Shown in pieces: positions 51,084 through 62,520 of a DNA stretch of 64,000 bases. The notes under the pieces are model-generated. The model saw only the letters and a program-made list of their open reading frames with translations, made no database searches and had not been told where the DNA came from. Position 1 is the first letter of the stretch; every line of letters starts with the position of its first letter. Source of the stretch: an uncultured Acidobacteriota bacterium (lineage in GTDB: Bacteria; Acidobacteriota; Terriglobia; UBA7540); the NCBI GenBank assembly GCA_963804995.1, contig CAWDSK010000006.1:1664001-1728000 (forward strand). The letters run 5' to 3'. Made by a program: the position numbers and the translations under genes.

Positions 51084-51358
51084 CTAGCCCGCATTTCTCA
51101 TCACGGCTTTGGAAGGGCGGGGTTTAACCCCCGTCGTTAAAGGCCCTTTCTGATGGTTTCCGCGCCCGCCACGATCGAACAGCTTGTCCGGGCGCGCGGA
51201 GGCAAATTTCGGAGTGCGGGAGCTCGCTCCCGCTTTTTCTACCGCTGACTCGTCAGCGCTGAGTGATTCGCCGCGACGAGTCGCGGCGTTGGAAAGCGGC
51301 GACGAGTCGCCGCACTCCAAACTTCGGTTCGCTTCCCGTGGTGAGAATTGCGGGCTAG
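51084..51358. mobile_element. MITE at a CTAG site
   Basis: CTAGCCCGCATTTCTCATCACGG ... CCGTGGTGAGAATTGCGGGCTAG, carrying REP hairpins. Confidence 0.8.
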
Positions 51359-51690
51359 TCCCTAGTCCCCAGCCCCATATCCCGTCTCCCGTATCCCGTA
51401 ACCCGTGCCCCGTTTCCCGGCCGTCGAGACCTCTCTCCACTCCGACATTATGTCCCCTCCGGGCGTCCCAGATGTTACGCATAGCGGGGCATAGCGAGCG
51501 AGGTCCCACCAAAAAGCTCCGTGATGGGACAGGAAATACCTCGCACCGCGATGTCCGGATCGTCGTCCGGCCCGGGCGTTACGTTTTCCTAAATGCCCAT
51601 TCGAACCATCCCAAATCCTCCGCCCAAGGATCGACCGTTACCGCCTGCCCCGGCAGGGACTGCGCCGACCATCGGCGACCCGTGGCTCGG

Positions 51691-54600
51691 CTACACCAAC
51701 CCTGACTTTTCCAGGGTGGCCTTGAGCAATTCGAACTGTTCCTCCAGCCGGGGCAGCAGGGCTGTGGCGCGGCTCAACTCTCCGGCCGCCGCCGCTTCCT
51801 GGGTTTCGAAGCAGAGGGCGCGAAGAACCTCGGCTGACACCGTGGCCGCCGCTCCCTTGAGGGCATGCGCCTGAAGCCGGGCCCCCTGGGCGTCGCCCGC
51901 CTCCAGCTTGTCCTTCAGGGTACACAACTGCTGCGGGACATCGTTCAAGAACCCGGCGAGGACCTGGCTGGCACGCTCCTGGTCGCCCAGGAGACGCGCG
52001 AGCAACTCTTGCTGGTTGAACACCGCTTCGATTCTGGTGGGAGAAGGGCTGGGGAGAGGCCTCAACTCGCTGCCGCTGGCGGGCGTGACCACCCATTTTT
52101 CCAGAACGTCCGCCAATTGCCACGGCTCCACGGGCTTCGCCAGATAGTCGTCCATGCCCGCCTGAAGGCACTTCTCCCGGTCTCCGCTAATGGCATCCGC
52201 GGTGAGGGCGATGATAGGAATTTTCGGGTTGCGCGCCCCTGTGCTGCGTTCTCGGATGCGGCGCGTGGCCTCGAAACCATCCATCTCCGGCCTTTCGCAG
52301 TCCATCAGGACCGCGTCATAGTTCACCTGCTGAAGCGCCCTGACAGCTTCATGGCCATCGGCCACCACTTCCGCGTCATAGCCGAGTTTGTGCAAAATGG
52401 CGATGGCCACTTCCTGGTTGGTCGGGTTATCCTCCACCACCAAGATGCGTGCCCGGCTGTTCCCTCGGGCAACGCTCGGGGGAGTACGGGCGGCGGCGTT
52501 GGACGGCGCGGCCGGCGTGGGCTTCGTCCCCAGGGCAAGCAAGGTTTCTTTCAGCGTACGCTCCCAAATCGGTTTGGAAACGTGCGCCGCGAACCCCCGC
52601 CTTTGCAGTTGTACCAAGTGGCTCTGCCCGCGCTTGCAGAAGCCGGTCATCAACACCAGCGCCGTCTGCTTCAATTGCGGATCGGCCGCGATCTGACGCC
52701 CCAGTTCTTCTCCATCCATCCCGGGCAGACTCTTATCCAGTAACGCAATTTGAAAGGGTTCAGCCTCCTGGGCGGCTTGACGGAGGATCGCCAGGGCAGA
52801 GGTTCCATCCGCGCACTCTTCCGTGCGGCAACCCCAGGATTTCAGCAGCCTCAGCACCAGCGCCCGGTTCGTCGAGCTATCATCTACCACTAGCACCCTC
52901 GCGTCACCGAGACGAGGCTGCAACGCCGGTCACCGGCCCAGCCGGTCCCGGTTGCTTCTCAAAGACGGCGGTAAACCAGAACGTCGCTCCCTTCCCTTCC
53001 GCGCTCTCCGTGCCGATCCGGCCACCCATCAACTCGACCAGTTGCTTCGAAATGGACAAGCCCAGCCCCGTGCCGCCGTATCGACGCGTGCTGGATCCGT
53101 CCGCCTGAACGAAGGGCGCGAAGAGGGCGAAGGCTCGGTCCTGCGGGAAGCCAATGCCGGTATCGGTCACGGTGAAGCGCAGGGTCGCGGTGCGTTCGTC
53201 CTCCGCCTCCAGTCGCACCCGGAGGGCAACCTCGCCCCGAGGTGTAAACTTCACGGCGTTCCCCAGCAAGTTCACCAGCACCTGGCGGAGCCTGCCAGGG
53301 TCCCCGCGCAGCAACCAGGGAGTATCTGGCTCCAGCTCGCAGGTCAGTTCCAGCCCCTTTTCGCAAGCCTTGGTGGCCAGCACTCCGGTGGAGTGCTCCA
53401 GGACGGTGTGCAGATCGAAGTCGGTTGCCTCCAGCCTCAACTTCCGGGCTTCGATCTTGGAGAAATCCAGAATGTCGTTAATCACCGCCAGCAGCGCCTC
53501 GCCGCAGGTACGCACAATGTTGGCGTACTGCTGTTGCTCCGGCGTCAGCTCGGTGTCCAGAAGCAAACCGGCCATGCCGATCACGCCATTCATCGGGGTG
53601 CGGATTTCATGGCTCATATTGGCCAGGAACTGGCTCTTCGCCCGGTTGGCGGCTTCGGCGGCTTCCTTGGCCTTGCGCATTTCCGCCTCGGCTTGCTTGC
53701 GTTCGGTGATGTCGACCGCGGTTACCTCGATAATTTCATGTTCATCTTCCTCCGCTATGGTGATGTTGGCGAGGCACCAAACCGTCGCTCCGTCCCGGCG
53801 CTTGAGCTGGATCTCGTGGTTGTTGAGGATCTGTTGCTGGCGCAAGAGGTCTATTAAGGGCTGCCCGCCGGCCGGATCGGGGTGGAAGTCCAGAGCATGG
53901 CGGTTCTTCAACTCCTCCCAGGAATCATAGCCCAGGATGCGCAGCATGGATTGATTGCAATCGAGGATTTGCCCTTCAATGGTGGTGCGGAAGACGCCGG
54001 CGGCGTTGCGCTCAACAAACAGGCGGTAACGTCGCTCCGAAGCCTTCAGGTCCATCTCCGCCCTTTTGCGCTCGGTGATGTCCTGGCCGATTCCCGCCAC
54101 AAAGATCTGCCCGGAGGCGTCTTGGACCGGGAACTTATCGGCCAACCAGTAGCAGGGCTCTCCGTCGGGACCCAGCGTTTCCTCCGTAACTTTAATCGCC
54201 TGGCCTGCGGCCAGGGCAGCCCGATCGTTCTTCCTGAATTGCTCGGCGACCGCGTGTGGATAGATTTCGAAGTCCGTCTTGCCCAGTCGGTCTTCGCGCC
54301 GAATGCCGAAGTGTTTTTGATAGGTCTCGTTGATGTAAACGTAATGGCCCTGCGCATCTTTCATCCAGGCGACCGTGGGGCTGTTGTCCATGAACAGCCG
54401 GAAGCGTTCCTCGCTTTTGCGCAGCGCCTCCTCCTGCTGCTTGCGCATCAGGGCCACACCGACGCTGGCGCTTAGCCCCTCAAAGAACTGGATCATCTCC
54501 AGCGTGAAACAGTCTTTCTTCCGGTCATTGAGCTGCAGCAGGCCCACAATCTCGCCATGGGCGCGGATGGGAATAAGCGCCACAGAACAATACCCTTGAT

Positions 54601-56638
54601 GAACACATTTGTTGCGGGGATGAAGCCTGGGGTCCTGATGGGCGGGAAGATCCAGTAAGGGCAGCGAGTTGTTGGTCCAGCAGCTTCCTCCCTTGGTAAA
54701 TAGGGCGTTGGCCGGATCGGTCTGCCCGGAAATGACCAGGCCGCAGGTGCACTCCAAGCTGATCCTGCCGTTCTTATCCCGGCACGGGCCACCACTCTTG
54801 TCCCGGGCAATTAGGGTATTTTCGGTCAGCAAGAAATCAGGGGAAAAGCCGCTCTGGACAAAGTAGGGGAAGTCCTCGCCGCTGCGGAGTCGAATCCCTA
54901 CCGCGTCGACACCCGTTTCCCGCTTAATGGCCGCGAGAATCTGGTTGACCACCTCCGGTACGCTGAGGGGTTCATTAAGAGTCTTCAGGATTTCAGCGGA
55001 AAGAGATTGGTTGCGTTCCGCCCGCCGGCGCTCGGTGATGTCGCGGTTGAAGGCGAAGCAGTATTCCTTCCCGTCAAACTCCAGGTAGTTCGTAGTTACC
55101 TCGACCGGGAAAACCTTTCCCTGTTTGGTTACGTTTTGGGTTTCAAAGGTCATCGAGCCCCGTGCTTTGATCTCCTCCCAAACCGTCTTCCATGCTTCTT
55201 TCGGGATGAGCGGATCTAAATCCGGGATCGACAGGGAGAGGATCTCCTCGCGGGAACGGCCCAAGGAGCGGCAGGCGGCCTGGTTGACGTAGACGACACG
55301 GCCTTGCGGGTCCACCCAATATACATTGTCGGAGGCATGCTCCATGGAGAATTGCGTCAGCCGAAGCTCCTCTTCTGCCCGCTGGCGCTCGGTGAGGCCT
55401 CGGACTACCGCCTGGACAACGGCTTTGCCCTCCAGCTCCATGGCACTGAGCAGAACATCGGCGGGAAAGGCCTTGCCAGTGTCGGCTCGTTGGTGGACCC
55501 ACTCGAAGTGGTGGGAGGCCTTTTTGATCGCCGCGGCCATGTGCTGGTTGGCCAGGGTCATGGAATCCGTGCCGCAAGGCTGGTGAGACGGCGACAGATC
55601 GGCGGGGTGAAGCGAGCAAAAGTCCTCGCGGGTAGCGCAGCCGTAGATCGCCAAGGCCGCTGGGTTGCAGTCGAGAAAACCGTTTTCGTCAGCCAGCATC
55701 ACCGCGTCGGTGGTGGACTCATACAGCGTGCGGAACTTGGTCTCCGAGCGGCGCAGCGCTTCCTCCATTGCCTTGCGCTCGGTAATGTCGCGGCCCACCC
55801 CTTGAATCTCGCTGAGGTGGCCCTCCGGGTCATAGAACGCGCGGTTCACGAACTGCATCCAGTGGACTTGTCCGTCGCTGCCGTAAACCCGGTTTTCCAC
55901 GACCACGACCGGATGGTCTGGTGACAGCGTGCTCAGTTGCTTCTGGACAAGCGGCCGGTCTTCTGCCACCGCCATGGGCTGCCAGTTCCGGCCCACCAAT
56001 TCCTGACGGGTCTTGCCGAAGAAACGGCAGAACACTTCGTTCACGAAGGTGATCGTTCCGTCTGCCTTCATCCGGCAGATGACCTCGGTCTGATCCCCCA
56101 CAATTGTCCGGAACTGCTTCTCACTCTGCCGCAGTTCTTCGTGCCCCAGCTTTCCGTCAGTGATGTCGAGGGTCGTGCCGACCAGGCGCCTGGATTTGCC
56201 GTCGAGGTCTACAACTATTTGCCCGCGACTGCGGACCAGCCGCAGGGTCCCATCGCGGCGCACGACTTGATGCTCCAGGTCAAAAGGTTCTTGGGTCTGT
56301 AAGGTCTTTTTAAGGGTTTCATTAACTTGTTCACGATCGGCGGCCGGAATGGCGTCCATCACCTTGCCGAACGGCAGGGCAGCCGCGCTGCGGGGCCAAT
56401 CGAGAATGCGGAAGAAGCCGTCCGACCCGTGAAACTCGCAGGCCTGTGCATCCAACTCCCAGCTACCCAAAGGGGAGATAGACTTTACTTTACCCTTTTT
56501 GTTCTTGGGCAACGCGGCTTCGTCGGCAGGACGTGCCATCGCCTTCGGAATCGACCCGGGATCAATCTGGTCCGAGGGGCTGCCGCGCAGTCCTTCCCCG
56601 CTCACGATTTTCAATGAAAGCGTTTTCCTGTGCTTCAA
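51691..56638 (-). CDS. Multi-PAS/GAF hybrid histidine kinase (HisKA-HATPase-REC-REC-Hpt), frameshifted near 52930
   Basis: Repeated DITERK PAC ends; FLANMSHEIRTPMNG; NAVKFT; GGTGLGL; two REC domains and AHALKGAA Hpt in ORF 51691..52923. Confidence 0.9.
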
Positions 56639-57016
56639 AACAATTCCAGCCTTCCAGCGGGCGCGGCGTGGCTACGGGCTTATTACGAGGTGCACAGACG
56701 AGCACCTCCCCATGAACTTTTATCGGCTGAGTAAACTGTTACTTGAAGGTATTTTGGGAAAGATTTGCGACGGGTTCCCGCAGGGGGATGCGGGTTGCAG
56801 GGGTGGCCTCCGCAGAGAATCGCTGGACCACGCTATCGTGTTCAAGGAAGCCTACTTGCGGGTGTGGGTTCGCTGATATTTCAGCTACTATCAGGCGGAT
56901 GGTTCATCCGCTCTTTTCACTCCTTCCCAGCGGCTAAGAATCATGCGCTGACGAAGTGGAACTGCTACAGTAAACTTGACTCATGATTTGCGGAGTTCGA
57001 GTGACAGGAGGAACGC

Positions 57017-57838
57017 ATGCTTGACGGAAAACCGCTCGCCGTGGTGACGGGCGCATCGAGCGGCATTGGTGCAGCATTTGCGCGGGCGCTGGCGGCGCGG
57101 GGTTACGACTTGGCGTTGGTGGCGCGTCGCCAGGATCGGTTGGAGCGGTTGGCGGATGAAATCAGCAAGGCTCACGGCGCGCGTTCGACGGTGCTGGCCG
57201 CGGACCTTACGAACGATGCGGAATTGCGCAAGGTTGAGGATTTCCTGGCGGGTGCGGCGAATCTTGCCCTGCTGGTCAACAACGCGGGCTTCGGCGCCCT
57301 AGGCAGATTCTTCGAGGCGCCCGTCGAAAGCGCTGACGCCATGCATCGACTTCACGTGCTGGCCACCATGCGCCTGACGCACGCGGCGCTGCGCAATCTG
57401 GTGGCGCGCGGTGAAGGAGCGATCGTTAATGTATCCTCGGTGGCGGCGTTTGTGCCGCGGCCCGGCAGCACCAGCTACTACGCTACGAAGGCGTGGATCA
57501 ACTGTTTCACCGAATGCATCCACTTGGAGTTGAAGAGCGCCGGGTCGCGGGTGCGTGTGCAAGCGCTGTGCCCGGGATTCACGCTGACGGAGTTTCATGA
57601 CGTGCTGGGCGTCGATCGCAAAACCATCTTGAGCGGAGCCTGGTGGATGGCGGCGGATGACGTGGTCGCGGCGTCGCTCCACGGTCTCGATAAGGGAAAG
57701 CTTTTTGTGGTGCCAGGGCTGCGTTACAAGCTGCTGGTAGGATTGCTACGCATGTTGCCGCGAGGCCTTGTGCACTATGCAGTCGCGAAAGGTCCCGCGG
57801 GTTTGCGCAGCGACCGACGACCTGCGAAGAGCGCATGA
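57017..57838 (+). CDS. Short-chain dehydrogenase/reductase
   Basis: TGASSGIG, NNAG, YYATK. Confidence 0.93.
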   Translation: MLDGKPLAVVTGASSGIGAAFARALAARGYDLALVARRQDRLERLADEISKAHGARSTVLAADLTNDAELRKVEDFLAGAANLALLVNNAGFGALGRFFEAPVESADAMHRLHVLATMRLTHAALRNLVARGEGAIVNVSSVAAFVPRPGSTSYYATKAWINCFTECIHLELKSAGSRVRVQALCPGFTLTEFHDVLGVDRKTILSGAWWMAADDVVAASLHGLDKGKLFVVPGLRYKLLVGLLRMLPRGLVHYAVAKGPAGLRSDRRPAKSA

Positions 57839-58495
57839 AGGTTGCATGCCGACATGGCGGGCGCAGCGGCTTATCAGTCTATCGATGTGATCGCGGCGTT
57901 TCCGACTACGAGGATTGGCGCGAGCGGGGTTTGAAAACCAGAGACGCGGCACGGATATTAGTCAGCCAAAAACGAGAGCGGGGAACCGTTACCGGCTCCC
58001 CGTCTCAGGTGATCGTCGTTTTTGCCGTGGCAGCGTCCGCGGGGCGTTGCCAAGGTGCGCACCGCAAGAGCGGTGTGATTATTCGACCAACCTCTGCATG
58101 CCCGGTGGAGTCTTTCCTCCTGCCGTCTGCATACTCCCTTCATACTCCTCTCCCAGAGGAATTGCAAGTACCCCAAAGTACTATTTTTGGATTTTTCAAG
58201 GGCCTCACCTTTCCTCCAAGTGATCGGATGGTTCGAGAATGACGAGGCGGATGATTTCCTGCCCCCTAACGGAACTTCGTGGTGGATAAAGCGTGCATAG
58301 GCGCCACTCGGGGAAGCATCCCGAGGGACATAATGTCCGAGTGGGGCGGTGGACTGGGGGTTAGGGGCTGGGGATTGGGGTCTCGGGACTTGGGACTGGG
58401 GTTCGGGATTGGGAATTCGGGACTGGGGATTAAGGGGCCGGGATACGGAACACGGAATACGGATTCGGGGCTCGGGAAACGGGGCGCGGAACAAA

Positions 58496-58705
58496 CTGTC
58501 GGCTGTGAGCGGTCAGCTTGTAGCGCGGGTGTCCCCACCCGCGTCTAATCCGGGCGTCCCCACCCGGGTTTTGCGTGTCTCGCTACCTCGAAGACGCGGG
58601 TGAGGACACCCGCGCTACAACAGAAAACTGAGAGCTGAAAGCTGAGGGCTGAGAGCTGCTAGCTTTTACCTGTCAGCTGTTAGCTACCGTGGGGCATCGG
58701 GCGGG
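58496..58705. repeat. Long inverted repeat, right copy
   Basis: See 50283-50616; preceded by a G-rich heptamer array at about 58350-58490. Confidence 0.85.
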
Positions 58706-58751
58706 AGAAAAGGCCACGGGCCGGGCGGCTCGCCTGCCATACGGCGTTTGG

Positions 58752-60296
58752 TCATTTCCCTTTTGGGTTTAGGCCACCACGCAGGGTCGCCAGGGCTTCG
58801 GCTACTTCGCGGCCTTTGACTTCGATGAGGTCAAGGAGTTCTACAGGAGTACGGGTGTCTTCCGTGCTTTTGGCGTTGGGGTTTACCGCTTTCAGGTCGA
58901 AATTCTTGGCTTCGATATCGGCGCGGGGGACGGTCCAGCTTCGGTCGCTGTCGCCGCGGGTGGGGAGCAAGCGGAAGAAGTCCTCAAACTTGTCCACTGT
59001 GAACGGCTTCTTCTTTCCAACTTTGATATCCGAGAGGTCGTAATACCAAACCCTTTCCGTGGGCTGGCCTTTGGTAAAGAAAAGCAGGTTGGTTTTCACA
59101 CCGGCGCCGGCAGCCGTAAAGACTCCACCCGGCAGGCTGACGATGCACCAGAGGTCGTAATCGTCCAGCAGTTTGCGCTTGGTCTGGACGAAAGCCGTCT
59201 CGTTGTTGCGAAACAGCACGCCTTCATCCAACACGATTCCACACCGCCCACCCGGTTTGAGGCTGTCGATAACGTGTTGAAGAAACAGCACCTGGGTGGC
59301 CCCGGTCTTGTAGGCAAAGCGGGTTTGGGCCTCCTTGCCTTCTTTGCCGCCGAAGGGCGGATTCATCAGCACCACGTCATAGAGCGCCGGTGCGTTGGCG
59401 AATAATCCACCATAAGTCTCGGCTCCGGAAAGGGTGTTGCCGTGCCAGACGTGGGGCTCATCCATGCCGTGCAGCACGAGGTTGGCAAGGGCAATGGGGT
59501 AGATGGCGTTGTCCTTCTCGCGCCCATAAAACGTCCGCACTTTGAGGGTTTCAAGCTGGTCGGGCGAAGTGATGTTCTGGTTATTCGGTCCGGCCATGTG
59601 TTCAAACGACTGCGCCAGAAATCCGCCCGTCCCGCAGCCGGGGTCATAAACCGTTTCGCCGACCTTGGGGTCAATCACCCGCACCATGGCGCGGATAATC
59701 TCGCGGGGTGTGAAGAACTGGCCCCCGTCGTTACCTTTCTCACCCATCTTCAGTAGTAACCCTTCGTAAATCTGCGACAAAGTGAAAACGTGCGTGGTAT
59801 CCACGCTTTCGCCGCTAATCTCGTGGACCTTGTTGAGAATGTCCAAGAGGTTCCGCTCGGTGTCGATGCGAGTCCGGTCAATGCCGGAAAAGATTTCGGA
59901 GATGACTTTCTGCCGGGCGGTAGCGTTCGGGCGCTCTTTCAACTTCTTCAGGTGGGGAATCAATTCTCCATCTACAAAGCCCTTGAATGCGCCCAGGGTG
60001 CCGCCGGCAAGTTCCTTGCGCTTGGGTCCCTCCGGCGCAGCCCAATCCTGCCAGCGGTAAGGGGCTTCGAGCGACAGCGTAAGCTCTGCACCGACGGCAT
60101 CGGCGCGTTCGGCATCCTTGGCTTCCTGCTCGTCAAGAATGCGGAGAAAGAGAATCCAAGTGAGTTCTGGTACGTATTGAAGCGCCCCCGCGCAATTCGA
60201 GCGCCGCATGATGTCGCAGATGGATTTGATGGCACCGTTCAGGGATTGCTGGCCATTGAAAGTCCTACTACTTTTCGCTGGTCTGGACAGGGGCAT
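58752..60296 (-). CDS. hsdM: Type I R-M N6-adenine methyltransferase
   Basis: GQFFTPR, YDPGCGTGGFL, NPPF. Confidence 0.95.
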   Translation of the reverse strand: MPLSRPAKSSRTFNGQQSLNGAIKSICDIMRRSNCAGALQYVPELTWILFLRILDEQEAKDAERADAVGAELTLSLEAPYRWQDWAAPEGPKRKELAGGTLGAFKGFVDGELIPHLKKLKERPNATARQKVISEIFSGIDRTRIDTERNLLDILNKVHEISGESVDTTHVFTLSQIYEGLLLKMGEKGNDGGQFFTPREIIRAMVRVIDPKVGETVYDPGCGTGGFLAQSFEHMAGPNNQNITSPDQLETLKVRTFYGREKDNAIYPIALANLVLHGMDEPHVWHGNTLSGAETYGGLFANAPALYDVVLMNPPFGGKEGKEAQTRFAYKTGATQVLFLQHVIDSLKPGGRCGIVLDEGVLFRNNETAFVQTKRKLLDDYDLWCIVSLPGGVFTAAGAGVKTNLLFFTKGQPTERVWYYDLSDIKVGKKKPFTVDKFEDFFRLLPTRGDSDRSWTVPRADIEAKNFDLKAVNPNAKSTEDTRTPVELLDLIEVKGREVAEALATLRGGLNPKGK

Positions 60297-60496
60297 GGGC
60301 TAAACCTTTCACCACCAAGACACCAAGGCACCAAGAGAACCCATTCATAAGGATACGGACGAAATTCGTACCTGGGGTTTTCGAGGGAAAACTCCAGGTG
60401 CCAAAGTATCAAAGCCCTTCGCTTTCTTGGTGTCTTTGTGTCTTGGTGGTTCATCTGGCTTTTCTTTCACCACCAAGACACCAAGGCACCAAGAGA

Positions 60497-60669
60497 TCAA
60501 AGGGCAAGTCGCTGGATTCCCTGCTTGATGAGGGCGCTATTGAAGTTCACCAGCAAACCGGGCCGAGCGCCGTATGCACCGCAAATGCCGCATCAACGAT
60601 CTTCGACGCGACTTCATCCGTTTCCTTGGGAATGGGCTCGCTTGGTGCCTTGGTGTCTTGGTGGTTCAT
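60497..60669 (-). pseudogene. Internally deleted GxxExxY protein gene
   Basis: ...SKIVDAAFAVHTALGP joined out of frame to PGLLVNFNSALIKQGIQRLAL*; flanked by CACCAAGACACCAAGGCACCAAG repeats. Confidence 0.75.
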
Positions 60670-60736
60670 CTTTCTTTCCTTTTACCACCAAGTCACAAAG
60701 ACACCAAGAAAACTTGGCGCCCTCGTGCCTTGTTGG

Positions 60737-61933
60737 TTACATTTCGCCCGCGAAGGCCCGGCGCAAGAGGGCGGCGGGCAATTTGTTGATGGCGTCCAAT
60801 TCCTCCTCGATTGCTCTGCATGCTTTCGCTGCCGTCATCATCTGCTCAGAAAGGCGCGCAACCATGCTTTGTTGGTCCGCTAAAGGCGGAATGGGCACTT
60901 TTAAGTTACGTATCAATTCCCCGTTCAGATTCGGCTGATTGCCGCCGCGTCCTTCCGTTTCGCTTCTGATGCGGGAGTAGCCATATCGAAACCAGGACTG
61001 GAGATACAAGCTATCAAATATATCGGGGTTGGGCAAAATGGCGAAGCAGGCTTGGTTCGTTGTCGCCGGAACCGCCAGAATCCCAGTCCGACCTCGGGTC
61101 TGGCCCTGTCCGTACATCGCGATAAGAAGGGTGCCTGCCGGTAGAACCCTAAGCGAGGTTTCGATCAGCGCACGCTCGGTGACATGTTCCTCAGTGTCTT
61201 GAATAACTCCGTCAACTAATTCTCCCGTTTTCACCCATGGGATCGAGCCAGCATAGTAGTCGATGCGACCCCTCGAAGGTGTAGTGCCGCTGCACGTCTC
61301 CGCGACCGTCCCAATAAGTCTCATCGGCCACCGTTCGGTCTCAAGGCCCCTAAACGCGCATCGGAGGTAGGCGGCACCAAGCGCTTTGGCGGCTTCGAGT
61401 CGGGCTTCGGCGGCGGCCCGCGCCCGCTCCACCGTCGCCATCTGCTCATTCAAAATCGCCGCAATCCGCTTCTGTTCTGCTGGCGGCGGGAGGGGGATCT
61501 TCAAGGATTCGATGTTCTCCCGTCCAAGTCCCGGTACAGTTGATCCGAGAGCAGCACTCTGCAACTCATAGAGACGCGTGGTAAGAATCCAAAATAGGAA
61601 TTGTCGGGTCGGTCCATCGGACGTTGGTCGTACAGCCATCAATTGACGTCCAATGGCAACTCGCTCTTTGGGAGAGAGGTTGATTTTGCCGACACCGGCA
61701 CCCTTGACGGTGACCAAAACGTCTCCCGGCTCGCTCCAGGCCTTAGGTTTCTCCGTCCACTTACTTATTGTGGGCGAGGATCTTCCGAAGTCGGCAGGAC
61801 CGGTGAGATACCCAATGCCTCGAAAATTCCGGTTGTAGTCACTTTCTAATATGTGCTGGCCGGGATGCACAGTGCATATCTCGCCAAGCCGCACCCAGCG
61901 CCAGCCGTCCGGTAATGTGGATTGTCTGATCAT
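60737..61933 (-). CDS. hsdS: Type I R-M specificity subunit
   Basis: LPDGWRWVRLGEI; two TRDs; IPLPPPAEQKRI and VPIPPLADQ; LLRRAFAGEM. Confidence 0.95.
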   Translation of the reverse strand: MIRQSTLPDGWRWVRLGEICTVHPGQHILESDYNRNFRGIGYLTGPADFGRSSPTISKWTEKPKAWSEPGDVLVTVKGAGVGKINLSPKERVAIGRQLMAVRPTSDGPTRQFLFWILTTRLYELQSAALGSTVPGLGRENIESLKIPLPPPAEQKRIAAILNEQMATVERARAAAEARLEAAKALGAAYLRCAFRGLETERWPMRLIGTVAETCSGTTPSRGRIDYYAGSIPWVKTGELVDGVIQDTEEHVTERALIETSLRVLPAGTLLIAMYGQGQTRGRTGILAVPATTNQACFAILPNPDIFDSLYLQSWFRYGYSRIRSETEGRGGNQPNLNGELIRNLKVPIPPLADQQSMVARLSEQMMTAAKACRAIEEELDAINKLPAALLRRAFAGEM

Positions 61934-61963
61934 AGGCAGGGGTGCAACCGGCGACAGACTTAA

Positions 61964-62191
61964 TTAGCGCAGGCGCAGGTAGTCCTCGACGCTGAACCCG
62001 GCATCCTTGAGGATACGCACAGCCAAGCCGCGGCCGATATCGCAACCGGTGTGAACGGGGATAGTGACGGACACGTTGCGTCCGGCGTGCCACAAGGTGA
62101 GATGGCTGCCGGCCTGACGGTCTTCCGCGAAACCCTGCGTTTTGAGGAACCGCACCAGTTCGTGCGCCGTCACCTGGGGCATGCGGCTCAT
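61964..62191 (-). CDS. hicA: HicA family toxin
   Basis: GF...RQAGSH...VTIPVH...ILKDAG. Confidence 0.92.
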   Translation of the reverse strand: MSRMPQVTAHELVRFLKTQGFAEDRQAGSHLTLWHAGRNVSVTIPVHTGCDIGRGLAVRILKDAGFSVEDYLRLR

Positions 62192-62427
62192 TCGGGGACC
62201 GCCACGGTCAATTCCTCAACGTGCACCAGCCGGTCATCCTGGGGGACAAGCTGGGCATGGGCCAGCATCGACGTGAGATGCTGCTCGATAGCCTGACGGA
62301 TGTTGCGCTTCGCCTCTTCGATGGTTTTGCCGTTGCTGAAGCAGCCGGGAACGTTGGGCGTGTAAGCGAAGTACCCTTCGTCTTCCGCTTCTTTCTCAAT
62401 CACGATCTGAAACGAGTAGAACTTCAT
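62188..62427 (-). CDS. hicB: HicB family antitoxin
   Basis: GYFAYTPNVPGCFSNGKTIEEA; GGAGGAG RBS; hicB-hicA order. Confidence 0.92.
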   Translation of the reverse strand: MKFYSFQIVIEKEAEDEGYFAYTPNVPGCFSNGKTIEEAKRNIRQAIEQHLTSMLAHAQLVPQDDRLVHVEELTVAVPE

Positions 62428-62439
62428 CGCTGTCTCCTC

Positions 62440-62520
62440 CGGCCGCTTTGCCAATCCCCAGAGTCCTGGCCGCTGCTTCCATTATGCGGCAAGAATCCAC
62501 TCCTTAGCGGTGCCTTTCAT
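62440..62520 (-). pseudogene. HEPN-like toxin remnant
   Basis: MKGTAKEWILAA* overlaps the end of the MNT gene; another frame gives CRIMEAAARTLGI. Confidence 0.45.

Larger units (their letters stand above)
50620..51420. repeat. Degenerate heptamer microsatellite field
   Basis: GGGATT(A/C)G-, CTCCT(A/G)G- and CCCGAAT-type 7-mers; G-rich and C-rich arms face each other. Confidence 0.8.

Noticed and set aside
52823..53857. Long antisense ORFs (also 4670, 11387, 22983, 29366, 37122, 45468)
   Set aside because: Shadow or alternative frames of well-supported GC-rich genes, with no recognisable motifs.
60300..60735. CACCAAGACACCAAGGCACCAAG repeats as a CRISPR or DGR element
   Set aside because: Short 8-mer-based repeats in both orientations with irregular spacing; they behave like hairpin-forming intergenic repeats.
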